Shown here: positions 9,447-19,739 of the stretch, piece after piece
How the letters are laid out: each line of letters opens with the position of its first letter
How positions within the stretch are numbered: the first letter of the stretch is position 1
Source of the DNA: Oscillospiraceae bacterium
Lineage (GTDB): Bacteria; Bacillota; Clostridia; Oscillospirales; Oscillospiraceae
Length of the DNA: 64,000 bases
Assembly (NCBI GenBank): GCA_029012465.1
Contig: JAQXMD010000055.1
Location: forward strand, 262-64,261
Direction: 5' to 3'
Notes under the pieces: model-generated
What the model saw: the letters and a program-made list of their open reading frames with translations, nothing else
The model's database searches: none
What the model was told of the DNA's origin: nothing
Program-made: the position numbers and the translations under genes

Positions 9447-10328
9447 ATGCCCAAGGTTTTTAATGGCAATTATGCTGACATTTTTGACATTGCCGGCAAG
9501 AAGGCTGTCGTTGTGGGCGGCGCTGGCGGCTTCGGCAAGGAGATCGCTAAGGCTTTCGCTCAGAGAGGCGTAGACGTTCTCATTTCTTCCCGTCGTGAGG
9601 ATGCCCTGAAGGCAGCTTGCGAGGACATCAAGGCTGGTGCAGCTGAGGGTGTCAAGGTTACTTACTTCGCTGGCGACGCCGGTGACGAAGAGACCGTTAA
9701 GAAGATGCTGGCTTTCACCGTTTCCGAGGAAGGCCTCGGCGGTGTTGACATTCTGGTCAACTCTCAGGGCTACAACAAGAAGATGTGGTCTTGGGAAATC
9801 GACACCAAGGTTTGGAACGGCATGCTGAACACCAACATCACCTCCCTGATGTTCACCTGCAAGTACTTCGGCAACTGGATGAAGAACAACAACCTGGAGG
9901 GTGCTGAGCCCGTTCCCGAGTCCGAGTTCGAGTCCGGCAAGGCTACCCCCAACCAGGGCTATGGTAAGATCATCAACATTGGCTCCGTCCGCGGCATCCG
10001 TGCTGTTGCTAACGGCGGTAACGGCAACGTTCCCTACAACACCACCAAGGGCGCTGTGGAGATGCTGACCAAGGCTTTCGCTGCTGACCTGCGTCCCAAC
10101 GTCCAGGTCAACCTGGTTGGCCCCACCATCACCTACACTCCCATGATGGTTGGCCTGCTGCCCCCCGATGAGAAGGTTCGTAACGCCATCGCTGCTTCCC
10201 AGCCCGCTATGCGTATCGGCTACGAGTCTGACATCGTCGGCACCGTTATGTATCTGGCTTCCCCCGCTGCTGACTTCGTTACCTCCAACTCCATCTATCC
10301 CGATGGCGGTCTGGTTGCAACCTCCTGA
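9447..10328 (+). CDS. SDR-family oxidoreductase
   Basis: [13 protein letters not shown] Rossmann motif and YNTTK catalytic motif; strongly optimised codons (CGT, GCT, GTT). Confidence 0.8.
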   Translation: MPKVFNGNYADIFDIAGKKAVVVGGAGGFGKEIAKAFAQRGVDVLISSRREDALKAACEDIKAGAAEGVKVTYFAGDAGDEETVKKMLAFTVSEEGLGGVDILVNSQGYNKKMWSWEIDTKVWNGMLNTNITSLMFTCKYFGNWMKNNNLEGAEPVPESEFESGKATPNQGYGKIINIGSVRGIRAVANGGNGNVPYNTTKGAVEMLTKAFAADLRPNVQVNLVGPTITYTPMMVGLLPPDEKVRNAIAASQPAMRIGYESDIVGTVMYLASPAADFVTSNSIYPDGGLVATS

Positions 10329-10355
10329 TCGGCGGAACCTGCATATTGCTTTTTG

Positions 10356-10383
10356 GGGCGCTGCGAAAGCAGCGCCCTTTTTC
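10356..10383 (+). terminator. intrinsic terminator after the SDR gene
   Basis: GGGCGCTGC-GAAA-GCAGCGCCC followed by TTTTT. Confidence 0.8.
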
Positions 10384-10468
10384 TGGCTTTTGGGAATACA
10401 ATCGGTCTTTACAAATTCCGCAAAATCGCCTATACTTATACTTTAGAGTATATACTGAGGTGCAGGTT

Positions 10469-12277
10469 ATGACTGAATTAAGCAAACTTCGGAACTTTTC
10501 CATCGTTGCCCACATCGACCACGGAAAGTCCACTCTGGCAGACCGGCTGCTGGAGGAATGTGAGGCCGTTGAGGCAAGAGAGATGGAGGATCAGATTCTT
10601 GATAATATGGAGCTGGAACGGGAACGGGGTATTACCATCAAGGCTCGGGCCGTCCGGCTGATCTACAATGCCGATGATGGAGAGGAATATGTGCTGAACC
10701 TCATCGACACCCCGGGACATGTGGACTTTAACTACGAGGTATCCCGTTCTCTGGCCGCCTGCGAAGGGGCTGTTTTGGTGGTGGATGCCTCCCAGGGCGT
10801 TGAGGCGCAGACGCTGGCCAACACCTATCTGGCAATTGACGCGGGGCTGGAGGTTCTTCCGGTGATCAATAAGATCGATCTGCCTGCGGCTGACCCCCAG
10901 CGGGTCAAGCAGGAGGTGGAGGACATCATCGGTCTTCCCGCAGAGGATGCTCCGGAAATCTCCGCAAAGAATGGTATCAACATTCATTCCGTGCTGGAGA
11001 TGATCGTTCGGGATATGCCCGCTCCGGAGGGAGACCGGACAAAGCCCCTTCGGGCCCTGATCTTCGACAGCCAGTACGACAGCTATAAGGGCGTCATTGT
11101 CTACTTCCGGGTGATGGACGGCGTGATCCGTCAGGGCATGGACGTAAAGATGATGTCAAATGGTGTCCAATATAAGGTCGTGGAGGTGGGCTATCTCCAT
11201 CCCAAGGGTATGGAACCCACTGACGCACTGGGTGCAGGGGAGGTTGGATATTTCACCGCTTCCATTAAGAATGTATCTGACACCCGTGTGGGCGACACTG
11301 TGACCGATGGGGAAAACCCCGCCGCAGAACCCCTTCAGGGCTATAAGGATGTGCAGCCCATGGTCTATTCCGGCGTGTATCCTGCGGATGGGGCAAAATA
11401 CCCGGAGCTTCGTGACGCATTGGAAAAGCTCAAGCTCAACGACGCTTCCCTTAGCTATGAGCCGGAAAGCTCCATTGCGCTGGGCTTCGGCTTCCGCTGC
11501 GGCTTCCTGGGCCTATTGCACATGGAGATCATTCAGCTGCGGCTGGAGCGGGAATTCAATCTGGATCTCATTACCACGGCCCCCAGCGTTGTCTACCGGG
11601 TGACAAAAACGGACGGCTCCGTGCACATGATCGACAATCCCCTGAACTATCCGGACCCCTCGGAGATTCAGCTGGCAGAGGAGCCCTTTGTCCGGGCATC
11701 CATCATTGCGCCCCCGGAGTATGTGGGCGGCATCATGGAGATCTGTCAGGAGCGCCGGGGAGAATATCTGGATATGACCTATCTGGATCAGAGCCGTGTG
11801 GAAATGCACTATGATATGCCCCTCAATGAGATCATCTTCGATTTCTTTGACTGTCTCAAGTCCCGAACCAGGGGCTATGCGTCGCTGGACTATGAGCTTA
11901 CCGGCTATCGGGCCAGCAACCTTGTGAAGCTGGATATTCTCCTCAACGGCGATGTGGTGGATGCCTTGAGCTTTATCCTCCACACCGACAAGGCCTATGC
12001 CCGGGCCAGAAAGATCTGCGAAAAGCTCAAGGAGAATATTCCCCGCCAGCTCTTTGAAATTCCTGTTCAGGCTGCCATTGGCTCCAAGATCATTGCCCGG
12101 GAAACCATTAAGGCCCTGCGCAAGGATGTGCTTGCAAAGTGCTACGGCGGCGATATCACCAGAAAGAAAAAGCTGCTGGAAAAGCAGAAGGAAGGCAAAA
12201 AGCGCATGCGCTCCTTTGGTACGGTAGAGGTGCCCCAGGAGGCCTTTATGGCTGTGCTGAAGCTGGATTCCGAATAA
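10469..12277 (+). CDS. lepA: translation elongation factor 4
   Basis: [28 protein letters not shown]. Start at the internal ATG 10469. Confidence 0.95.
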   Translation: MTELSKLRNFSIVAHIDHGKSTLADRLLEECEAVEAREMEDQILDNMELERERGITIKARAVRLIYNADDGEEYVLNLIDTPGHVDFNYEVSRSLAACEGAVLVVDASQGVEAQTLANTYLAIDAGLEVLPVINKIDLPAADPQRVKQEVEDIIGLPAEDAPEISAKNGINIHSVLEMIVRDMPAPEGDRTKPLRALIFDSQYDSYKGVIVYFRVMDGVIRQGMDVKMMSNGVQYKVVEVGYLHPKGMEPTDALGAGEVGYFTASIKNVSDTRVGDTVTDGENPAAEPLQGYKDVQPMVYSGVYPADGAKYPELRDALEKLKLNDASLSYEPESSIALGFGFRCGFLGLLHMEIIQLRLEREFNLDLITTAPSVVYRVTKTDGSVHMIDNPLNYPDPSEIQLAEEPFVRASIIAPPEYVGGIMEICQERRGEYLDMTYLDQSRVEMHYDMPLNEIIFDFFDCLKSRTRGYASLDYELTGYRASNLVKLDILLNGDVVDALSFILHTDKAYARARKICEKLKENIPRQLFEIPVQAAIGSKIIARETIKALRKDVLAKCYGGDITRKKKLLEKQKEGKKRMRSFGTVEVPQEAFMAVLKLDSE

Positions 12278-12289
12278 GGAGGCAATGGA

Positions 12290-13492
12290 ATGGCAAAACA
12301 GAAACTGACTTTCCAGACAAAATCCCTGGGAATCTATGTGCATATTCCCTTCTGCCGGAGCAAGTGCCAGTACTGCGACTTCTATTCCATGCCCAGGGAC
12401 GACAAAACCCAGGAGTACATGGACCGTTATGTGAAGGCTCTGGAAATGCATATTCGTGAGGGCGGCGCAAGAGCACCCAAGTATGAGGTGGATACCGTGT
12501 ATTTCGGCGGCGGCACCCCCAGCTACTTCGGTGCGGAACGGCTCCGCCAGGTTTATCAGTGCATTGCAAAGCGATTCAACGTATCCAAAAATGCTGAGGT
12601 CACGCTGGAAGCCAACCCCGACACCGTTACCGAAAAGGGCTGCAAAAGACTCATTGCCTCAGGCTTCAATCGAATCTCCATCGGCGTTCAGACCAACGAT
12701 GATGCCACGCTGAAGGTCTTGGGCAGACCCCATACCTTCAAGCAGGCGGTGAAGGCGGTGAATATCGCCAGGGACGCTGGTTTTGACAATGTGTCGCTGG
12801 ACCTGATGTTCGGCCTGCCTGCCCAGACGCCACAGATGTGGGCGGATGCGCTGGGGTCCATCATTGATCTGCATCCGGATCACATTTCCTGTTACGGGCT
12901 GACGCTGAATGTGGGAACGCCCCTGTACTATTATCGAAATCAGGCCATGCTTCCCGATGATGACGCACAGGCTGCCATGTATCTGTATGCGGTCTCCACG
13001 TTGGAAGCCTATGGCTACCGGCAGTATGAAATCTCCAATTTTGCAAAGAACGGCCGGGAATGTATGCACAATCTCAAATACTGGCTGGGCGGCGAGTATA
13101 TGAGCTTCGGTCCCTCTGCTTCGTCGGATTTTGCGGGCACCCGCTATACCTTTGCGTCCAATCTGCCCCAGTATATCAAGGCAGTGACCACCGGCGACGC
13201 CATCACCACAGAGTGTGAATATGTCCCCATCAAGGAGCGGGCCGGAGAGTATATTATGCTCCGGATGCGCACCATCTACGGCATCGAACGGGAGGAGTAT
13301 GAAAAAACCTTCCTGATGCCCTTTGATCCGCTGGAGCAGCTGCTGAAATTCTATGGCAGCAGGGGACTGGCCAAGCTCGCGGATGGCCGCTGGTATTTTA
13401 CGCCCCAGGGAATGCTGGTGTCCAATCAGCTGATCGGTCAGCTTATCGAGGCTCAGACCAAGTCTACGCCCCTGTCACCCCACAGATTTTGA
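12290..13492 (+). CDS. hemW: radical SAM heme chaperone / coproporphyrinogen oxidase-like
   Basis: HIPFCRSKCQYCDF CxxxCxxC motif; conserved lepA-hemW synteny; AAGGAGG RBS. Confidence 0.85.
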   Translation: MAKQKLTFQTKSLGIYVHIPFCRSKCQYCDFYSMPRDDKTQEYMDRYVKALEMHIREGGARAPKYEVDTVYFGGGTPSYFGAERLRQVYQCIAKRFNVSKNAEVTLEANPDTVTEKGCKRLIASGFNRISIGVQTNDDATLKVLGRPHTFKQAVKAVNIARDAGFDNVSLDLMFGLPAQTPQMWADALGSIIDLHPDHISCYGLTLNVGTPLYYYRNQAMLPDDDAQAAMYLYAVSTLEAYGYRQYEISNFAKNGRECMHNLKYWLGGEYMSFGPSASSDFAGTRYTFASNLPQYIKAVTTGDAITTECEYVPIKERAGEYIMLRMRTIYGIEREEYEKTFLMPFDPLEQLLKFYGSRGLAKLADGRWYFTPQGMLVSNQLIGQLIEAQTKSTPLSPHRF

Positions 13493-13528
13493 ACCTTGGA
13501 CGGAAAGAAACTGTGAAAAAGTTCCGAA

Positions 13529-13575
13529 AAAAGAGGATGGCTCTCAAGCAGAAAAAGCTTGGGAGCCATCCTTTT
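13529..13575. terminator. bidirectional intrinsic terminator between convergent genes
   Basis: GGATGGCTCTCAAGC...GCTTGGGAGCCATCC stem flanked by an A-run and a T-run. Confidence 0.75.
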
Positions 13576-13595
13576 AACATCAATAGAAATGAGCG

Positions 13596-14348
13596 TTATG
13601 AGGAATTCCTTGGCAGCGTGATACAGTCGTACCGGATCGCCTTTCCCCTGACGGAGTAGCTGGGGGTCCGCCCTGCCAGATTTGCCCCCTTCAGGGGACG
13701 CTTGATGATGATTTTTGGGGGATGGATGCCAATGGCCATGTTCAGAAGGGCCTCCTCCTCCACGCAGGGATGCTCCAGCTTCTGAATGAGCTGCAATTTT
13801 TTGTTGATAAGACCGGATTTCTGCCGTGCCGGGAACATGGGGTCCAAATAGATGAGATCCGGCACGATGCCCAGTGTTGGCAGCAGCTCGATGCTGTTTC
13901 CCTCCACCAGCTGCATCCGCTGAGCGATCTCCTTCAGGTCCGGGTGCTTTTTTGCCCGGCGAAGAGCGTCCTTCAAGAGAGCGGCAATCACGGGATTCTG
14001 CTCAAACAGCGTGACGCTGTAGCCGGAGGCGGCCAGAAGAAAGGCATCCTCCCCCATGCCGGCGGTGGCATCTACAGCGGTTGGATGGGGATCATCGGTC
14101 TTGGAGACGTGCACCAGCATTTCGTGCTGGAGACGGCCCTTTGTGACCCGGTGCAGCATCTGTTCAAAATCTCCCCGGTAGCTGAGTCCGTATCCCATCA
14201 GGGAAATGCCGGAACCATCCACCATCAGGGTGAGCTGTGGGCCGGGCTTATCGGACAGGGAAGCGCCCACACGCCGGGCAAGGGCGGCCGCGGCGTCCCG
14301 TTGGGCACCTTTGCCCATGCAGACCACCAAATTTTTTGATTCTGTCAT
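13596..14348 (-). CDS. class I SAM-dependent methyltransferase, RsmJ-like
   Basis: 250 aa with VDATAGMGEDAFLLA motif, typical of the RsmJ/YhiQ family. Confidence 0.7.
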   Translation of the reverse strand: MTESKNLVVCMGKGAQRDAAAALARRVGASLSDKPGPQLTLMVDGSGISLMGYGLSYRGDFEQMLHRVTKGRLQHEMLVHVSKTDDPHPTAVDATAGMGEDAFLLAASGYSVTLFEQNPVIAALLKDALRRAKKHPDLKEIAQRMQLVEGNSIELLPTLGIVPDLIYLDPMFPARQKSGLINKKLQLIQKLEHPCVEEEALLNMAIGIHPPKIIIKRPLKGANLAGRTPSYSVRGKAIRYDCITLPRNSS

Positions 14349-14362
14349 TGTATGTTCCTCAT

Positions 14363-14833
14363 TCAGGTTTCAGACGGTTGACTGGAAATACATTTCTGGG
14401 TGTCCTTATGAAAGCGGAAAAACATGACCCAAAACAACACCCCTGCCAGGGCAAGGGCACAGTCCAGCCCTGTATAGAATACTGCAATAAAGACTCCTGA
14501 CACAAGCCCCGAGGAGCGGAGCCAAATGCCGCCGCCCATCATAAAGGCCATGATGCAGTAGGCCTTCAGGTCGAAGAAATGCCAGAAGGGACGGGTTGGC
14601 TCAGCATAGCCGCAAATCCGCCTGGTGTGCTTGAGACTCATTTTGAAGAACATGAATCCAAACATGGCGAATACGACGAACGACAGCATTGGGTGAACCC
14701 ATCGAATGGCATCCATAGCGCCGTAGGACAGCAGGCCCAAACGTGCAACGTTAAATCCCGCAAGGAGCCATACACAGCCTGCGATGGCAAGCAGGGTTCG
14801 CCTGCGAACGTGAAAAAGGTGCTTTTTTGTCAT
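14363..14833 (-). CDS. hypothetical integral membrane protein
   Basis: MTKKHLFHVRRRTLLAIAGCVWLLAG..., about 4 hydrophobic helices. Start at the internal ATG 14833. Confidence 0.5.
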   Translation of the reverse strand: MTKKHLFHVRRRTLLAIAGCVWLLAGFNVARLGLLSYGAMDAIRWVHPMLSFVVFAMFGFMFFKMSLKHTRRICGYAEPTRPFWHFFDLKAYCIMAFMMGGGIWLRSSGLVSGVFIAVFYTGLDCALALAGVLFWVMFFRFHKDTQKCISSQPSET

Positions 14834-14952
14834 GGACAAATACTCCGATCCATGTTCGCATCCTCCGATGGCTTGTCTGCTGGCTTTTGACATCAACACT
14901 GCCGCCTATTATATCATGCTGCTGCGCTCCTTGCAATGCTGGAGCATTTTGT

Positions 14953-15345
14953 ATGACGCCCCAAATTGAACAAAAACTGCTGACGAATCCGGGAAATCCC
15001 TCAAGGGTTCCCGGATTTTTGACGCTTTTCAATGTGGACGCCAATGTGGAAACGCCCGGCCAGTCTGAGGCGGCCAAGGCCTGCTCTGACACCTGGAATG
15101 TCAACATCGACAATGCCAATGATTGTCCCGCAGCAGCGGCGATGACCATTGAAGAGGGCGACCAGTACAATCAGCATGCCGGCGATCTTGTAACGCTGGT
15201 GCAGCAGTTTACCGCAAAGTTCATCACCGGCGATGAGCCTCTGGAGGGCATCGAGGCCTTCCAGCAGAAGCTCCTGGATACCGGCATTGAGGATTGCATT
15301 GCGGCAAAGCAGTCGGCCTATGACCGGTATATGGCAAGAGATTGA
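14953..15345 (+). pseudogene. C-terminal remnant of an ABC sugar-binding lipoprotein (LplA/DUF3502-like tail)
   Basis: The last ~75 aa (..QFTAKFITGDEPLEGIEAFQQKLLDTGIEDCIAAKQSAYDRY) match the C-terminal signature of family-1 solute-binding lipoproteins. There is no N-terminal domain, lipobox or partner permeases. Confidence 0.45.
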
Positions 15346-15360
15346 CATACAAATAACGAG

Positions 15361-15403
15361 GACTCCAGTTGACCCAAAGGGGTTGACTGGAGACCCTTTT
15401 TTT
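15361..15403 (+). terminator. intrinsic terminator
   Basis: CTCCAGTTGACCC-AAA-GGGGTTGACTGGAG followed by ACCCTTTTTTT. Confidence 0.7.
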
Positions 15404-15589
15404 GTGCCTGGCGGGAATCAGAAACTTAACAGCTTATTCATTGTTTTTTCTGACAAAGTATTTTATAATATTATATAATGCATGAACTGGGTTTCTGCGC
15501 AGCGGTTCGGGGAAATACCCCCGCAATCCCTGCCGGTTTTATAATTTCGTGATTTGATTTCCAATGAATACGCTGAAAGGATGATTGCA

Positions 15590-16291
15590 ATGGCGTATAT
15601 CGAGCTGAAAAATGTCACCCGGGTCTACGGCGGAGGCGGCGGAGAGATCCGCGCTCTGGACGGTGTGGATTTTGAGGTGGAGCAGGGGGAGCTTTGCATC
15701 ATTGTTGGCCCCAGCGGCGCCGGAAAAACCACGGTGCTGAACCTTCTGGGGGGCATGGATACCCCCACCTCCGGCTCCATTCTGGTGGATGGACAGGAGA
15801 TCTCTGATCTAAAGGGGAGAAAGCTCACCCTTTACCGACGTCATGACATTGGCTTCGTGTTCCAGTTTTACAATCTGGTGGGCAATCTCACGGCGGTTGA
15901 GAATGTGGAGCTGGCCAGCGAAATCTGTCCGGACCCCATGGACGCGGCAGAGGCCCTGCGCCGGGTGGGACTGGAAGAGCGTATGCAGAATTTTCCCTCC
16001 CAGCTGTCCGGCGGAGAGCAGCAGCGGGTGGCCATTGCCCGGGCGCTGGCAAAGCGGCCCAAACTGCTCCTCTGCGATGAGCCCACCGGTGCACTGGACT
16101 ACCGCACCGGCAAGGAGGTACTTCAGCTTCTGCAGGACACCTGCCGGAAGGACGGCATGACGGTCATTATCATCACCCACAATTCGGCTCTGAAGCCCAT
16201 GGGAGACCGGGTGATCCAGTTCCGCAGCGGACGGGTGGAAAAGATGTACAAGAATGAGAACCCTGTGTCCATAGAAAGGATTGAGTGGTAG
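15590..16291 (+). CDS. ABC transporter ATP-binding protein (MacB/LolD-like)
   Basis: Walker A GPSGAGKT, signature LSGGEQQR, Walker B LLLCDEP. ATG at 15590 after GAAAGGA. Confidence 0.9.
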   Translation: MAYIELKNVTRVYGGGGGEIRALDGVDFEVEQGELCIIVGPSGAGKTTVLNLLGGMDTPTSGSILVDGQEISDLKGRKLTLYRRHDIGFVFQFYNLVGNLTAVENVELASEICPDPMDAAEALRRVGLEERMQNFPSQLSGGEQQRVAIARALAKRPKLLLCDEPTGALDYRTGKEVLQLLQDTCRKDGMTVIIITHNSALKPMGDRVIQFRSGRVEKMYKNENPVSIERIEW

Positions 16292-19200
16292 TGAACCGCA
16301 GCATGAGAAAAACACTGCTTCGGGAGATCCGCAGCTCTTTCCCCAGATTTCTCTCCATTCTGATTATGGTGGCGCTGGGAACCATGTTCCTTGTGGGACT
16401 TCGGTCCGCGGCACCGGATATGCAGGCTACCGCAGACCGGTACTTTGACGACCAGAAGTTTATGGATTTGCAGATTATCTCCACTCTGGGCCTGACGGAA
16501 GAGGACATAGAGACCTTTGGTGCTGCTGAGGGCGTGGAAGTCAGTCAGGGCGGCTGGAGCATGGATGCGATTCTGGAGCAGGAAAACGGCGCCAAGGTCA
16601 TCAAGCTGCTGAGCCTTTCTGAGGGGGAATATGCCTTCAGCGGGGAGAGAAAAGGTCAGACGGTCAATGAGAACATTCTGGTGGAGGGCAGAATGCCCAC
16701 CGCCATGGATGAGTGCGTTGCGGAAGAAAAATTACTCTCGGAGCTGGGAATCTGCCTTGGCGACAAGGTCACACTGGCTTTGCCTGAGGATATGAAGGAC
16801 AGCCTGAAAACCGATACCTTCACGCTGGTGGGCATTGTGGAAAGCCCTTTGTATATTTCCATCGAACGGGGCACCAGTTCCCTCGGGGACGGCAAGGTGG
16901 ATGCCTACATATACTTGCCCAGGGAGAGCTTCTCCATGGACTATTATACCCTCTGCAATATCATTCTTTCCGGCACCCGGGAAAAGGACTCCTATTCCGA
17001 CGACTACCGTGCCCTCCGGGATGACCGGAAGGAGCAGATGACCTCTCTGGCGGAGGAGCGGGCAGACCTGCGGTATGAGACACTGGTAAGTGACGCACAG
17101 GCGGAGCTGGCCGATGCCCGGCAGGAGTTTGCGGACTCTGTGGCCGATGCCCGGCAGGAAATCGACGACGGGGAAGCGGAGCTGGCCGATGCCCGTAAAA
17201 CGTTGGATGAGGGCTGGGCAGAGCTGGAGACCGCAGAGGAAGAGCTGGAGACTGCCAAGGAGGACGGGAAAGCGGAGCTGGCCGATGCCCGGCAGCAGTT
17301 GGACGAGGGCTGGATGGCGCTGGCAGAGGCAAAGGATACCCTGAACAGCTCCCAAACAGAACTGGATACCCAGAGTTCCGAGGCCTGGAGTCAGCTTGAG
17401 GCGGCAGAAGCCGCTTTGAACGCCGGTCAGGCAGAGCTGGATGCAAAGCGGGAAGAACTGGCGGAAGCCCAGACGCAATTGGAAGCCCTCCGCCAGCAGG
17501 CGGCGGACTATCGGGCCGCGCTGACCCTCCAGCAGGAGCAGGTGGCGGCTGCTGAGGCGGCTGGAATTCCCATTGACCCGGAAACTCTGATCTATAACGA
17601 AGAAACCTGCCTGATGCTGGAGACGGCCCTTGCGGAAGCGGAAGCAGCCTATGAACAGGGGCAAACTGCCCTTGCGGCTGCGGAAGCGGAGCTGAGCGCC
17701 CAGTGGGACGCTTTCTATACCCAGAAAGCCACGGTAATCTACCAGCTTTCTTTGGCCCAGAGTACCATTGATGACGGCTGGACGGAATACAACGACAGCT
17801 ACGACACCCTGTATCAGGGAGAACTGGATTATGCCCAGGCTGTCACAGACTTTGATACCCAGATTGCCGACGGGGAACAGGCCATTGCCGATTCCCGTCA
17901 GGAGCTCTATGACGGTGAGGCGGATTATGCCCAGGGACTCCTGGACATTGAAGAAGCAAAGAATACCCTTGCGGAGGAGACGGAAAAGGCTCAGGCGGAA
18001 ATGGATGACGCACAGGCGGAGATCGACGGCATCAAGCCGGCGGATGTGTATGTGCTGGATCGTGACGCAAACTACGGCTCTGTGAGTTACGACCAGAACG
18101 CCCAGCGTATGGGGAATCTGGCCAAAATGTTCCCTGTTATTTTCTTCGTGGTGGCGGCGCTGGTCTGCCTGACCACCATGACCCGTATGGTGGAGGAGCA
18201 GCGGACGGAGATCGGCTCCATCAAGGCCATGGGCTATGGGACCCCTGCCATTGCGGGAAAATTCCTGCTGTACGGCGCTTCGGCATCCCTGCTGGGGGGC
18301 TTGATCGGTGTGCTGGTGGGCACCTATGTGATCCCATGGATCATCTTCACCTCCTACGGTATTATGTACAATCTGCCGGAGCTGCAACTGCGGCTTTATG
18401 TGCCGCTGGTGGCGGCATCTCTGGCGGCGGGCCTTGCCTGTACCGTTGGAGCGACCCTATGGGCCATGCTGTCCACGGCCCGGGAGACCCCTGCGGCCCT
18501 GATGCGGCCCAAGGCCCCCAAGGCCGGAAAACGTATCCTTCTGGAGCGTATCGGCCCCCTGTGGCGGCGGATGAGCTTTTCGGTGAAGGTGTCCTGCCGT
18601 AACCTTTTCCGGTATAAGAAGCGGCTGTTTATGACGATTCTCGGCATTGCAGGCTGTACGGCTCTGATGATCGCGGGCCTTGGACTCCGGAACGGCATTC
18701 TCTGCATCATTGACAGGCAGTATGAGGACATCTATTCCTATCAGCTACAGGTATCTCTGGATACGGAGCAGAATGCAGAAGGGGTAGATGCGCTTCTGAC
18801 AGAGGACAATGGAGTAAGGGCAGTGTCCAAAAACTATGTGCGCTCGGTCACGGCCAAAACCACCTCCTCCGTGGACTGCTACCTTCAGGTGACAGACCAG
18901 CCGGAAAAGCTCTATGAGTTGATTGACTTGCGGAGCATGGAGGATGGAAGCCATCTGGACATTCCGGAGGAGGGCGTGCTCATCGACCAGAAGCTCTCAG
19001 AGCTTTTGGATGTGCAGGTGGGCGACACCATTCTCCTTGATGCCGGAACTCTGGCGGAAACAAAGGTGGCGGGAATTCTGGAGCATTATGTGCGCCACTA
19101 TGTCTACATGTCCGCCGGGGAGTATGAACGGCTCTTTGGAACGGAATATGTGCCCAATGAACTGCTGATCGCCATGGAGGACACCTCTGATGAGGCGGTG

Positions 19201-19698
19201 GCGGCCCTGTCCGAAGAGCTGCTGAAGCAGGAGGCGGTTACTTCCGCAAGTAATATCGCATCCTCCGCGCATTCCTTCGGGGAGACCCTCAAGGTCATCG
19301 ATACGGCGGTGCTGATTATCATTTTCTCCGCTGCTGCCCTGGCATTGGTGGTGCTGTACAACCTGACAAACATCAATATTACCGAACGGCTCCGGGAGCT
19401 GGCAACCCTGAAGGTTTTGGGCTTCTATGACGGAGAAACGGCCATGTACGTCTATCGGGAAAATATTGTGCTGACCCTTCTGGGCATTTTGCTGGGGCAG
19501 TTTTTGGGGAAATACCTCAGAAGCTTCCTGATCGGCACCATTGAGATTGAGATTGTCATGTTCGGTCGGATACCGGAGCCCAGCGAGTATATTCTGGCAA
19601 CGCTGCTTTCCCTTCTGTTTGCGCTGCTGGTGAACTTTTTAATGTATTTCCGCATCAAAAAAATCGACATGGTGCAGTCCCTGAAATCTGTGGAGTAA
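16285..19698 (+). CDS. FtsX/MacB-type ABC permease, double FtsX module with a large coiled-coil ectodomain insert
   Basis: 1137 aa with two TM plus FtsX-like 3-TM blocks. About 330 aa of E/A/D/Q-rich heptad sequence with ELADARQ repeats. Start GTG 16285 or ATG 16297; overlaps the upstream stop. Confidence 0.8.
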   Translation: MVVNRSMRKTLLREIRSSFPRFLSILIMVALGTMFLVGLRSAAPDMQATADRYFDDQKFMDLQIISTLGLTEEDIETFGAAEGVEVSQGGWSMDAILEQENGAKVIKLLSLSEGEYAFSGERKGQTVNENILVEGRMPTAMDECVAEEKLLSELGICLGDKVTLALPEDMKDSLKTDTFTLVGIVESPLYISIERGTSSLGDGKVDAYIYLPRESFSMDYYTLCNIILSGTREKDSYSDDYRALRDDRKEQMTSLAEERADLRYETLVSDAQAELADARQEFADSVADARQEIDDGEAELADARKTLDEGWAELETAEEELETAKEDGKAELADARQQLDEGWMALAEAKDTLNSSQTELDTQSSEAWSQLEAAEAALNAGQAELDAKREELAEAQTQLEALRQQAADYRAALTLQQEQVAAAEAAGIPIDPETLIYNEETCLMLETALAEAEAAYEQGQTALAAAEAELSAQWDAFYTQKATVIYQLSLAQSTIDDGWTEYNDSYDTLYQGELDYAQAVTDFDTQIADGEQAIADSRQELYDGEADYAQGLLDIEEAKNTLAEETEKAQAEMDDAQAEIDGIKPADVYVLDRDANYGSVSYDQNAQRMGNLAKMFPVIFFVVAALVCLTTMTRMVEEQRTEIGSIKAMGYGTPAIAGKFLLYGASASLLGGLIGVLVGTYVIPWIIFTSYGIMYNLPELQLRLYVPLVAASLAAGLACTVGATLWAMLSTARETPAALMRPKAPKAGKRILLERIGPLWRRMSFSVKVSCRNLFRYKKRLFMTILGIAGCTALMIAGLGLRNGILCIIDRQYEDIYSYQLQVSLDTEQNAEGVDALLTEDNGVRAVSKNYVRSVTAKTTSSVDCYLQVTDQPEKLYELIDLRSMEDGSHLDIPEEGVLIDQKLSELLDVQVGDTILLDAGTLAETKVAGILEHYVRHYVYMSAGEYERLFGTEYVPNELLIAMEDTSDEAVAALSEELLKQEAVTSASNIASSAHSFGETLKVIDTAVLIIIFSAAALALVVLYNLTNINITERLRELATLKVLGFYDGETAMYVYRENIVLTLLGILLGQFLGKYLRSFLIGTIEIEIVMFGRIPEPSEYILATLLSLLFALLVNFLMYFRIKKIDMVQSLKSVE
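17101..17291 (+). repeat. intragenic direct repeats GCGGAGCTGGCCGATGCCCG (ELADAR)
   Basis: Copies at 17101, 17176 and 17272, plus a partial copy at 17141. Confidence 0.8.
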
Positions 19699-19739
19699 TC
19701 TGGACGCACAGAATCATATATTCGTAAGGAGTAAGAACT

